A DNA stretch of 64,000 bases. It comes from Candidatus Eiseniibacteriota bacterium. GTDB taxonomy: Bacteria > Eisenbacteria > RBG-16-71-46. Position 1 is the first letter of the stretch, and every line of letters begins with the position of its first letter. Positions 8,777-17,709 of the stretch are shown here, in pieces. Made by a program: the position numbers and the translations under genes. The stretch spans positions 262,866 to 326,865 of the forward strand of contig JBGAML010000003.1 in NCBI GenBank assembly GCA_044223005.1, written 5' to 3'. Under the pieces are notes generated by a model. It searched no databases and was not told the DNA's origin. It saw only the letters and a program-made list of their open reading frames with translations.

Positions 8777-10066
8777 ATGGAAGAACCGGCACGGCCGCGC
8801 CTGTGGGGCAAGCAGCTGCTCAAGACCGGCCTGTTCGCCGGGGGCAGCCTGCTCGTGGCCGCCGTGTTCCTCTTCACCTGGCAGACCGCCGGGCAGCTGT
8901 CCAAGGAGGTCATGACGACCTCGCAGCTGCTCGCGGAGTTCAGCGCGCAGGCGTCCGTGCTCGCGACGCGGGATCCCGCGCTGCACGAGATCTTCGCCCG
9001 GCTGATCGACCACGTCGATTTCCCGATCGTGATCACGGACAACACCGGCCTGCCGCGCGCGTGGCACGCGGTCACCGCGCCCGGCGACACCGTCTCGATC
9101 GAGACGCTCGACAGTCTCGCCATGAATCGTCCCGTGGCGCCCGTCATGGCGGCGCGCGTCGAGCGGCTCAAGGCGCGCATCGCCGAACTCGACCGGCGGC
9201 ACCGGCCGATCCCGGTGAACCTGCCGGGCACCGTGATTCCCATGGGCCACCTGCACTACGGCGACCCGCCGACGATCGCGCGGCTGCGCTGGATGCCCTA
9301 CGCGACGCTCGGTGGAACCGGACTGCTGCTCCTGCTCGGGCTCTCCGGCCTCGCCGGCATCCGGCAGGCGGAAAAGCGCACGATCTGGGTCGGTATGGCC
9401 AAGGAAACCGCACACCAGCTCGGCACGCCGCTCTCGAGCCTGCTCGGCTGGATCGAGTTGCTGCGAGCGCACGTCGAATCGGCGCCGCCCGGCGGGCAGG
9501 TGCAGATCGCGACGGCCGAGCTCGCCGAGACGCTGGACGACATGGAGCGCGACGTCGAGCGCCTGAACAAGGTCGCGCAGCGGTTCAGCCAGATCGGCTC
9601 GACGCCGCAGCTGCAGCTGCAGGACGTCACGCCCGTCGTGCGCGAGGCCGTGCAGTACGTGCGGCGGCGGCTGCCGCAGCGCCAGGGCGACGTCGAGATC
9701 CGCGAGCGCTACGAGGAGGTGCCGCCTATCAACCTCAATCGCGAGCTGATCGAGTGGGCGGTCGAGAACCTGCTCACGAACGCGGTCACCGCGATGGACA
9801 AGAAGCCGGGCGTGATCGAGGTCTCGGTCGAACGCCGCGCCGAGACCGAGGAAGTGGAGATCGCCGTCACGGACAACGGGCGCGGCATGTCGCGCGACGA
9901 GCAGCGCCGGGCGTTCGAGCCGGGCTACTCGACCAAGCGCCGCGGCTGGGGACTCGGGCTCGCGCTCGCGCGGCGCGTGATCGAGGAGTACCACGCGGGC
10001 CGCATCGGCATCCGCGAGAGCGCGCCGGGGCAGGGCACCACGATGGTGATCCGCTTCCCCACGTAG
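8777..10066 (+). CDS. Sensor histidine kinase (two TM helices, HisKA plus HATPase_c)
   Basis: TM segments near the N-terminus. H-box HQLGTPLSSLLGWIELL. ATPase motifs NLLTNAV, DNGRGM and GWGLGLALARRVIEEYHAG. Confidence 0.85.
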   Translation: MEEPARPRLWGKQLLKTGLFAGGSLLVAAVFLFTWQTAGQLSKEVMTTSQLLAEFSAQASVLATRDPALHEIFARLIDHVDFPIVITDNTGLPRAWHAVTAPGDTVSIETLDSLAMNRPVAPVMAARVERLKARIAELDRRHRPIPVNLPGTVIPMGHLHYGDPPTIARLRWMPYATLGGTGLLLLLGLSGLAGIRQAEKRTIWVGMAKETAHQLGTPLSSLLGWIELLRAHVESAPPGGQVQIATAELAETLDDMERDVERLNKVAQRFSQIGSTPQLQLQDVTPVVREAVQYVRRRLPQRQGDVEIRERYEEVPPINLNRELIEWAVENLLTNAVTAMDKKPGVIEVSVERRAETEEVEIAVTDNGRGMSRDEQRRAFEPGYSTKRRGWGLGLALARRVIEEYHAGRIGIRESAPGQGTTMVIRFPT

Positions 10067-10091
10067 GAGCGGCGCGCTTCACGACGCGCGA

Positions 10092-10121
10092 GGCGGCCCC
10101 GGGGTCCCCGCCGGGGCCGCC
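10092..10121. terminator. Strong GC hairpin between convergent genes (HK and DUF4097); possible bidirectional terminator
   Basis: GGCGGCCCCGG...CCGGGGCCGCC is an 11-bp perfect inverted repeat. It lies between the stops at 10066 (+) and 10153 (-). Confidence 0.4.
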
Positions 10122-10152
10122 CGGCCGCCTCGCGCGTTTCGCGGCCGGAGCG

Positions 10153-11025
10153 CTACTCGGACAACTCGAGCGTCACGCCCCCGTCGCCGGTGCGGACGCG
10201 CAGCGGCACCGTGCCGCCGTTGAGCGTGCCGCGCACCGCGTGCTCCGAGAACGAATCCTTGCCCGCGATCGGCAGGTCCACGCGCACGCGGCCGTCGCGC
10301 GTGGCGACGTCGAGCAGGGCCTTCAGGTCGCGCGGGATCCGCAGCGTGACGCGGCCGTCGCCCGATTCGATCCGCCATTCGTCGGCGAGGCGCGAGCCGG
10401 GACGCGCGTCCACCGTCATGTGGCCGTCGCCCGTGCGCGCGTCGACCCGGTCGAACCGCCCCGAGAGATCCATGCCGCCGTCGCCCGTGTGCGCCGTGAC
10501 CACGCCGTCGAGGCCCTCGGCGTCGATGCCGCCGTCGCCGGTCCAGAGGCGGATGCGCCCGCGGCCGCCCTTCAGCGTCACGCGGCCATCACCCGTCTCG
10601 AGGTCCACGCTGCCGTTCAGCGCGTCCGACTCGACCGCGCCGTCGCCGCTGCGCACGCGCAGGTCGCAGTCCGGCGGCACCGTGACGTCGATGTGGAACG
10701 TCTCGCTGACGCCGCCGAAGAACACCACCGTCGTGCGCGAGCCCACGTTCGCGACGACGTCGATCGAATCGCCCTGCCGGGTCATCTCGACCGTCGGGCC
10801 GTGCAGCGTGCTGTGCAGGCCCCACACCTTGACGAGGTACTCGACCTGGGCCGTGACGCGGCCCGCGCCGCCGCGATGCACGCGCACGTGCCCGTCGTCG
10901 GTGCGGACGTGGATCGTGGGATGCGCACCCACGGTCCAGTCCTGCGACCAGGTGCGGGCGTGGGCGGGGGCGACGGCCAGCGTCGCGGCGAGCAGGGGAA
11001 CGGCGAGGACGGCGGACCAGCGCAT
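10153..11025 (-). CDS. Secreted DUF4097-family (putative adhesin / LiaF-like beta-helical) protein
   Basis: Signal peptide MRWSAVLAVPLLAATLAVAPAHA. Repeated GDGxV / SGDGxVxL beta-strand repeats typical of DUF4097. The start is set at MRW, with GGAGG 6 nt upstream on the minus strand. Confidence 0.65.
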   Translation of the reverse strand: MRWSAVLAVPLLAATLAVAPAHARTWSQDWTVGAHPTIHVRTDDGHVRVHRGGAGRVTAQVEYLVKVWGLHSTLHGPTVEMTRQGDSIDVVANVGSRTTVVFFGGVSETFHIDVTVPPDCDLRVRSGDGAVESDALNGSVDLETGDGRVTLKGGRGRIRLWTGDGGIDAEGLDGVVTAHTGDGGMDLSGRFDRVDARTGDGHMTVDARPGSRLADEWRIESGDGRVTLRIPRDLKALLDVATRDGRVRVDLPIAGKDSFSEHAVRGTLNGGTVPLRVRTGDGGVTLELSE

Positions 11026-11199
11026 GACGGACCTCCGGTGGGAGTGGATCGCTCGTCCGACCATACGGCGGGGCCGGGGGCCGGGTTGCCCGGCAACCGG
11101 CCCGCCGGCGCCGCGACCGCCGGACGGTCCGGCTGCCGGGATGAACGGTCGTGCCCCCACCGGAGGAGCGCCGGCGGGGGCACGGGGCGGCCGTGGCGG

Positions 11200-13170
11200 T
11201 CAGTGGATCCGGAAGCGCTCCACCACCGCGAGCAGCTTCTCGCTGGCGTCCGTGGACTCGCCGGTGGCGGCCGCCAGTTCGCCGGCGCGCCCCGCCATCT
11301 GCCGGACGGCGCCGTCCATCTCGTCCATGGCGCAGCGCACCTCGTCCAGGCCCGCCGACTGCTCCGCGCTCGCGCGGGCGATCTCGGCCACGCGCTGGCC
11401 CGCGTCGCGCACCGCGGCGACGATCTGTTCGAGGTTCTCGCCCGAGCGGCGCACCAGTTGCGCGCCGGCATTCACGCGGTCGTCGGTCTCCCGCACCAGC
11501 TCGCGGATGTCCTTCGCGCTCGCCGCGCAGCGGCCCGCCAGCTGGCGCACCTCCGCAGCGACCACGGCGAAGCCGCGGCCCTGCTCCCCGGCGCGCGCGG
11601 CCTCGACCGCGGCATTCAGCGCGAGCAGGTTGGTACGGAACGCGATCTCGTCGATCACTTCGACGATTTCGGTGATGCGCCGCGCCTGCGTCTCGACCTG
11701 GTGCATGGCGTCGACGGCGTCGCGCACCACGGCGCCGCCCTGCTCGGCGACCGTCCGCGCGTCGCCGGCGCTGCGGTGCGCCGCGCGCGCCGCTTCGGCC
11801 GTGCGCTGCGTCGTGTCGGCCAGCTGCTGCACGCGGCCGTTCGTCGCGTCGAGCCGCTCGGCCTGCTCGCGCGACGTCGCCGCGAGGTCGTCGCTCGCCG
11901 CGGCGTAGGCCCGCGAGGTCTCGCGCAGCACGCCGCCCGCCTCGCGCGCCTCGCGCATCGCCTCGCGCGTGCTGCCCACCGCGCGATCGAGCGCCGTGGC
12001 GAGCCGCGCGAGCTCGTCCTCGCCCGGGACCGCGAGCGTCTGCGTGAGGTCACCCTCGGCCACGCGCTCCAGCACGGCGACGCCGCGCCCGAGGGGCGCG
12101 AGCACGCGGCGCGCGGTCCAGCCGGCCGCGGCGACGATCGGCACCAGCGCGAGCAGCAGCCCGGCCAGCACCGCGAACGTCGTCGCGCGCACCGGCGCGA
12201 GCACCGTGGAGCGGGGCACCGTGACCACGAGCGCCCACACCTCCGCGCTCGTCCCGACGCGGAACGGCACCAGCGTGCGCTCGACCTCGGTGCGCAGCCA
12301 CGGGTCGCGCCCCACGAGCCGCACCGCTTCTCCGCGTCCGAGCGCGGGCCAGATCCGCGCGAGATCGCCCAACTCCGACGCCGGGTGGCCGAGCCGCGAC
12401 GGGTCCGGATGGCTCACCCACAGGCCGCCCTGGCTCACGAGCCCGAGCACGCCGTCGCCCATCGGGTGGTGCGCCGACAGCCGGCGCTGCACGTCCGAGA
12501 GCGCGACGTCCGCGCCCGCGACCGCGATGAACCGGCCGCGGTCCCAGAACGGCACGCACAGGCTCGTCATCAGGATCGAGTCGCGTCCGACCATGTCCTT
12601 GTATGGCTCCATCAGCATCTCGCGCCCGGCGCGCCGCGGCAGCCAGTAGAAGTCGCCCGATTCGTAGCCCGGCGACGTGGGCTGCGGCTTCAGCCCTTCT
12701 TCGCGCCGCACCCACCACGGCATGAACCGTCCCTGCTCGTCGGCGTCTGGCTGGCCGCGGTGCGCGGCGTCGGCGCCGTCGAACGTTTCGCGATCGAACT
12801 CCACCCACGTGCCCACCGCCTGCGGCACGCGCGCCACGGCCCGCGCCACGAGGGACTCGGCGAGCGCCCGCGACGGGGCACCCGAACGCCGCAGGACGAC
12901 GATACCGTCCGCGAGATTGCGCGCCGTCTGGAACGGAACCTCGAACGCGGGGTAGACCTCGTCGGCGCTCGCGCGCGCGATCGCCTCGAGCTGCGCGTGC
13001 GCGTTGCGCTCCGCCTGCGAGTGGAGTCGCAGGGAGAGCCCCACGGCGAGAGTGCCCAGCACCACGGCCGCGACCAGGACCTGCGACAGCGCGAGGCGCC
13101 GGGCGATGCTGCGGCGGCCCGCGCGCGCGAGCGCGCCGGGCAGGAACGAGGCGAGGCGTCCGATGTTCAT
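11200..13170 (-). CDS. Methyl-accepting chemotaxis protein with periplasmic Cache-like sensor, HAMP and MCP signalling domain
   Basis: N-terminal TM, an approximately 280-aa periplasmic domain, and a second TM. HAMP region follows. The highly conserved MCP signalling region is present ([29 protein letters not shown]). The start is set at MNIGRL (ATG 13170). Confidence 0.85.
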   Translation of the reverse strand: MNIGRLASFLPGALARAGRRSIARRLALSQVLVAAVVLGTLAVGLSLRLHSQAERNAHAQLEAIARASADEVYPAFEVPFQTARNLADGIVVLRRSGAPSRALAESLVARAVARVPQAVGTWVEFDRETFDGADAAHRGQPDADEQGRFMPWWVRREEGLKPQPTSPGYESGDFYWLPRRAGREMLMEPYKDMVGRDSILMTSLCVPFWDRGRFIAVAGADVALSDVQRRLSAHHPMGDGVLGLVSQGGLWVSHPDPSRLGHPASELGDLARIWPALGRGEAVRLVGRDPWLRTEVERTLVPFRVGTSAEVWALVVTVPRSTVLAPVRATTFAVLAGLLLALVPIVAAAGWTARRVLAPLGRGVAVLERVAEGDLTQTLAVPGEDELARLATALDRAVGSTREAMREAREAGGVLRETSRAYAAASDDLAATSREQAERLDATNGRVQQLADTTQRTAEAARAAHRSAGDARTVAEQGGAVVRDAVDAMHQVETQARRITEIVEVIDEIAFRTNLLALNAAVEAARAGEQGRGFAVVAAEVRQLAGRCAASAKDIRELVRETDDRVNAGAQLVRRSGENLEQIVAAVRDAGQRVAEIARASAEQSAGLDEVRCAMDEMDGAVRQMAGRAGELAAATGESTDASEKLLAVVERFRIH

Positions 13171-13413
13171 CCGGGCTCCGGAAACGGGGAAAGGCGCCGC
13201 GCACGGGGCCGGCGTGCGGCTCGCGCGAAACGTGGCGAACCCCCGGAAGTCTCGGCGGTTCGCGCGCGGACTGGAGGCGTTCCGGCGACGCGTCCCGGCC
13301 GCCCGCAAGTGACGGCGAGCAGGGCCGCAGCGGCGTTGGCCGCTGCGGCGCGCGCGGCCTTATAGTGACTTCGCGCTCCCCGCTGCGGGGGAGCCACAAC
13401 CCATCGAGGCACC

Positions 13414-15009
13414 ATGGCCACCGATTCGACCCGCAGGATCCTCTGGGCCGACGACGAGATCGATCTTCTCAAGCCGCACATCCGCTTCCTGGAGCAGAAG
13501 GGCTACGCGGTCACCGCGGTGCCCAATGGCGAGGACGCGCTCGCCGCGCTCGAGAAGGAGCGCTTCGACGTGCTCCTGATCGACGAGATGATGCCGGGCC
13601 TGGGCGGTCTCGAGACGCTGGACCAGCTCAAGGCGCGCGGGCTCGCGCTCCCGGTCGTGCTCATCACGAAGAGTGAAGAGGAGCGGCTCATGGAGGAGGC
13701 GATCGGCAAGCGCATCACCGATTACCTCACCAAGCCCGTCAACCCTTCGCAGGTGTTCCTCGCCTGCAAGCGCGTGTTCGACTCGCAGAAGCTGCAGGAC
13801 TCCCAGCGCGCGCGCGACTACGTCGGCGAGATGCAGCGCTGGCAGACCATGGACCGGCGCCGGCTCGACTGGCAGGGCTGGGTCGACCTCGCGGTCGACG
13901 TCGCCCGCTGGGACGTCGGGCTGGACGGCGCGCCGGAGGCCGGGCTGCAGCAGGCGCACGGCGACTTCCGCCGCAACCTCAACATCGATTTCGGGCGGCT
14001 GGTCGAGACGCAGTATCCCGGCTGGGTGCTCGCGGCCTCGAAGGGCAAGACGGAAGACCGGCCCATGCTCTCGTGCGACGTCGTCCGCCACGCCGTCGTG
14101 CCGCACCTCAAGGCCGGCCGCCGCGTCATGTTCGTGGTCGTCGACTGCATGCGGCTCGACCAGTGGTTCACGCTGGAGCCGCTGCTCGAGGAGTGGTTCG
14201 AGGTCCAGCGCGAGTACTACTGCTCGATCCTGCCGACGGCGACGCCCTACTCGCGCAACTCGATCTTCGCCGGTCTCCTGCCCGCGGAACTCCACCGCCG
14301 CCATCCGGACCTGTGGCAGGAGAGCAGCAACGACGAGCGCACGCGCAACCGGTTCGAGCGCCAGCTGATGGACTTCCAGCTCGGGCGGCTCGGCGTCACG
14401 CTGCCGACCGCGCCCAAGTACATCAAGGTCTACGACCAGGACGAGGCCATCAACACGCGCCGGCAGATCCATTCGCTGGCCGGCATGCCGCTCGTGTCGA
14501 TGGTGTTCAACTTCCTCGACATCCTCGCGCACGGCCGCAGCGAGAGCGACATCCTGAAGGAACTGGCGCCCGACGAGGCCGCTTTCCGCGCCGTCATGAA
14601 GGCGTGGTTCACGCACTCGCCGCTGTTCGAGATCTTCCAGGCGCTGTCCACGCAGGACGTGACCGTGGTGGTCACGACCGACCACGGCGCCGTGCTGGGC
14701 CGGCGCGCGGCGCTCGTGCACGGCAACCGCGACACGTCCACCAACCTGCGCTACAAGTTCGGGCTCAACCTCAACACCGACACCAAGCAGGCCATCATCG
14801 TGCGCAAGCCGATGGAGTACCAGCTCCCGGACGACGGCGTGAACAAGAACTACGTGCTGGCGCGCGAGGACTACTACTTCGTCTACCCGACCAAGTTCCA
14901 CGAGTACGAACGCCAGTACCGCGGCTCGTTCCAGCACGGCGGCGCCTCCATGGAGGAGATGATCCTGCCGCTCATGACGCTGAAGCCCCGCGCGCCGCGC
15001 ACGACGTGA
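13414..15009 (+). CDS. PorX-like response regulator: receiver domain fused to PglZ (alkaline-phosphatase superfamily) domain
   Basis: Receiver motifs ILWADDE, DVLLIDEMMPGLGG and KPV. The C-terminal approximately 400 aa matches PglZ-type architecture, the same architecture as T9SS regulator PorX. Confidence 0.75.
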   Translation: MATDSTRRILWADDEIDLLKPHIRFLEQKGYAVTAVPNGEDALAALEKERFDVLLIDEMMPGLGGLETLDQLKARGLALPVVLITKSEEERLMEEAIGKRITDYLTKPVNPSQVFLACKRVFDSQKLQDSQRARDYVGEMQRWQTMDRRRLDWQGWVDLAVDVARWDVGLDGAPEAGLQQAHGDFRRNLNIDFGRLVETQYPGWVLAASKGKTEDRPMLSCDVVRHAVVPHLKAGRRVMFVVVDCMRLDQWFTLEPLLEEWFEVQREYYCSILPTATPYSRNSIFAGLLPAELHRRHPDLWQESSNDERTRNRFERQLMDFQLGRLGVTLPTAPKYIKVYDQDEAINTRRQIHSLAGMPLVSMVFNFLDILAHGRSESDILKELAPDEAAFRAVMKAWFTHSPLFEIFQALSTQDVTVVVTTDHGAVLGRRAALVHGNRDTSTNLRYKFGLNLNTDTKQAIIVRKPMEYQLPDDGVNKNYVLAREDYYFVYPTKFHEYERQYRGSFQHGGASMEEMILPLMTLKPRAPRTT

Positions 15010-15476
15010 ACGGACCGGTGCGTCGCACGGACTCGGTGGAGGCCACCGAGCGGCTCGGCGCCGCGTTCGCGCCCGCGCTGCGCGCCGGCGACGTCGTGGT
15101 GCTGACGGGCGACCTCGGCGCGGGCAAGACGCGCTTCGTCGCCGGGCTCGCGCGCGGGCTCGCGCCGCGCGCGCACGTGCGCAGCCCCTCGTTCACGCTG
15201 GTCAACGAGTACGCGGGCGAACCCGCGCTGTTCCACCTCGATCTCTACCGGCTCGGCACCGGCGAAGTGGACGGGCTCGGGCTCGAGGAATACGCCGAGC
15301 GAGGCGTGCTCGCCGTGGAGTGGGGCGAGCGGCTGCCGTCGGCGTGGCGGGAGGAAGCGCTCGCGCTCGCGTTCGAGGGCGCCGGCGACGAGCCGCGCAC
15401 CGTGACCGCATCCGCCGCCGCCGGGCGCGGCCTCGAGCTGCTCGCCGCGTGGCGCGCGCTGCCGGAGGCGCCGTGA
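15006..15476 (+). CDS. tsaE: tRNA threonylcarbamoyladenosine biosynthesis protein TsaE
   Basis: VLTGDLGAGKTRFVAGLARGL P-loop. SPSFTLVNEY and HLDLYRL motifs. A GTG start overlaps the stop of the upstream gene. Confidence 0.8.
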   Translation: MNGPVRRTDSVEATERLGAAFAPALRAGDVVVLTGDLGAGKTRFVAGLARGLAPRAHVRSPSFTLVNEYAGEPALFHLDLYRLGTGEVDGLGLEEYAERGVLAVEWGERLPSAWREEALALAFEGAGDEPRTVTASAAAGRGLELLAAWRALPEAP

Positions 15477-16645
15477 CCGGCCTCGCGATCGAGTCGGCGA
15501 CCGACCACGTCGAGGTCGCCGTGATCTCGCCCGACGGCGTGCTCGCGCACCTCGTCGAGAACGTGGGCCACGGGCACACGCGCCGACTCACGCCGCTCGT
15601 GCGCGAGGCGCTCGCGCAGGCGAACACCGCGCCGCGCACGCTCGCCTGGGTCGCCGCCGACCTCGGCCCCGGCTCGTTCACCGGTGTGCGCGTCGGGCTC
15701 GCCACCGCGCGTGCGTTCGCGCTCGCCGCGGGCGCCCGGCGCTTCGGCGCCTCGTCGCTGGCCGCACTCGCACACGCCGCGCCCGCGAAGCGCGCGCTGG
15801 TCGTGCCGCTCGTGGGCGCCGGCCGGCAGGACGTGTACGCCGGCTTCTTCCGCACCGCCGGCCGCGGCCGCGTCGCGCTCGTCGCCGCGCCGCGCGTGCT
15901 GCGCGCCACCGCCGTGGCCGAAGCCGCCGCCGAGACGCTCGCGCTGCTGCCCGGCCACGCGCTGCGCTTCGTCGGCCCCGGTGCCGGCCGCGAGCACGAG
16001 CGTCTCGAGGCCGCGTTCCCCGGCTCGACCGCGCCCGCGTTCCGCCACGACGGCCTCTCGGCGCTCGACCTCGCCGCCGCCGCGCGCGCGCCGTTCGGGC
16101 CCGGCGCCGGCCTGCCCGCGACCGGGCACGAGAGCTCGCCCGTCTACGTGCGCTCGGCGCAGGCCGAGGAGCGCGTGCGGCATGCGCTCACCGGCGAGCG
16201 GCCCGTCCGCGTGCGTGCGATGACGCCGGACGACATTCCGGCCGTGGTCGCGGTCGAGCGGATCGTGTTCTCGGACCCGTGGGCCGAGTCCTTCTTCCGC
16301 GACCTGCTCGGCCAGGCCGGGACGTGGGCGCGGATCGCCGAGCGCGACGGCGCGCTGGCCGGCTACGCCGTCACCGCGATCCGGTCGCCGCAGGCCGATC
16401 TCGAGAACATCGCCACCGTTCCGGGCCAGCGCCGCAACGGCGTGGCCCGCACGCTGCTGCTGGACGCGCTGGCCGCGGCCGGGGAACGGGCCGCCGCGCA
16501 GGTCGTGCTCGAAGTGCGGGTCAGCAACGACGCCGCGCAGGCACTCTACCGGGCGCACGGATTCCGGCTCGTCGGGCTGCGTCCGGGGTACTACCGGCAT
16601 CCCGACGAAGACGCGGTGGTCATGGCCCGGGATCTGGGCGCCTGA
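15473..16645 (+). CDS. tsaB: TsaB (YeaZ) fused to RimI-type N-acetyltransferase
   Basis: The N-terminal half (GLAIESATDHVEVAV...DLGPGSFTGVRVGLATARAFALA) is TsaB. The C-terminal half (QRRNGVARTLLLDALAAAGERAAAQVVLEVRVSNDAAQALYRAHGF) is a GNAT/RimI fold. A GTG start overlaps the tsaE stop. Confidence 0.8.
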   Translation: MTGLAIESATDHVEVAVISPDGVLAHLVENVGHGHTRRLTPLVREALAQANTAPRTLAWVAADLGPGSFTGVRVGLATARAFALAAGARRFGASSLAALAHAAPAKRALVVPLVGAGRQDVYAGFFRTAGRGRVALVAAPRVLRATAVAEAAAETLALLPGHALRFVGPGAGREHERLEAAFPGSTAPAFRHDGLSALDLAAAARAPFGPGAGLPATGHESSPVYVRSAQAEERVRHALTGERPVRVRAMTPDDIPAVVAVERIVFSDPWAESFFRDLLGQAGTWARIAERDGALAGYAVTAIRSPQADLENIATVPGQRRNGVARTLLLDALAAAGERAAAQVVLEVRVSNDAAQALYRAHGFRLVGLRPGYYRHPDEDAVVMARDLGA

Positions 16646-16757
16646 AACCCCGGCCGGCGCCGGGTTGTGCTCCCGGGCCGCATGGGCTACTAAAGGCGGG
16701 ATGCGGAGGGTCGCCGGCGGCGGCCGCCGCCCCGAGAGGAAGGAGTCCCGCCCCGCA

Positions 16758-17696
16758 ATGTCCTGGCTCAAGCGCGAACGCACCGGCATCAAGACGACGA
16801 CGGGCCAGCGGCCCGAGCGCTCCGACGTGCCCGAGGGTCTCTGGACCAAGTGCGACGGCTGCGGCGAGGCGCTCTTCCAGACCGTGCTCGAGGAGCACCT
16901 CTGGACCTGCCCGCATTGCGACCACCACTTCCGCGTGCCCGCGCGCACCTACGCCGGCTACCTGCTCGACGACGGCAGCTTCGCCGAGCGGCACGTGAAC
17001 CTGGTGGCGGGCGACCCGCTCGAGTTCCGCGACGCCAAGATGCGCTACCCCGACCGGCTCGCCGCGGCGCAGAAGGAGACGGGCGAGAAGGATGCCGCGA
17101 TCGCCGGCGCGGCCACGATCGGTGGCGTGCCCGTGTCGGTCGCGCTGATGAACTTCTTCTTCATGGGCGGCAGCATGGGCTCGGTCGTGGGCGAGAAGGT
17201 CGCGCGTGCGATCGAGGACGGCATCGCCGAACGGCGCGCGGTCGTGGTGGTCTCGGCCACCGGTGGCGCGCGCATGCAGGAAGGCATCCTCTCGCTCATG
17301 CAGATGGCGAAGACCTCGGTGCTGCTGGCGCGGCTGCGCGAGCAGCGACTGCCGTTCGTCTCCGTGCTCACCGACCCGTCCACGGCCGGCGTGCTCGCTT
17401 CGTACGCGTCGCTCGGCGACGTGATCGTGGCCGAGCCGCGCGCGCTCGTCGGCTTCGCCGGCGCCCGCGTGATCCGGCAGACCATCGGCGAGGACCTGCC
17501 GCCCGGCTTCCAGCGCGCCGAGTTCGTGCGCGAGAAGGGCTTCGTCGACACGATCGTGCACCGCAAGCAGATGCGCACCGAAGTCGGCGCGCTGCTCGGC
17601 TATTTCTGGCACAGTACGCGCGGCTTCGCGCCGGAAGGCGCCGCCTCGCCGCACGCCTACGACCCGAACGCTCCCCGTTCGACTCCGCAGGCCTGA
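16758..17696 (+). CDS. accD: Acetyl-CoA carboxylase carboxyltransferase beta subunit
   Basis: MSWLKRE...CDGCGEALFQ...CPHCDHHFR Zn-ribbon. The carboxyltransferase domain follows. Confidence 0.9.
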   Translation: MSWLKRERTGIKTTTGQRPERSDVPEGLWTKCDGCGEALFQTVLEEHLWTCPHCDHHFRVPARTYAGYLLDDGSFAERHVNLVAGDPLEFRDAKMRYPDRLAAAQKETGEKDAAIAGAATIGGVPVSVALMNFFFMGGSMGSVVGEKVARAIEDGIAERRAVVVVSATGGARMQEGILSLMQMAKTSVLLARLREQRLPFVSVLTDPSTAGVLASYASLGDVIVAEPRALVGFAGARVIRQTIGEDLPPGFQRAEFVREKGFVDTIVHRKQMRTEVGALLGYFWHSTRGFAPEGAASPHAYDPNAPRSTPQA

Positions 17697-17709
17697 TCCC
17701 GACGACCCC

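Noticed and set aside
8803-13365. 1520-aa ORF on the plus strand spanning the HK, DUF4097 and MCP loci
   Set aside because: It runs in an alternate frame or antisense to three well-supported genes (HK motifs, MCP signalling domain). The protein is Arg/Ala/Gly low-complexity. This is a typical high-GC open-frame artefact.
16646-16757. Hairpin CCCGGC-N4-GCCGGG followed by TTGTGCT after the tsaB-rimI stop
   Set aside because: Plausible weak terminator, but the stem is short and the T-tract poor. Not reported as a feature.
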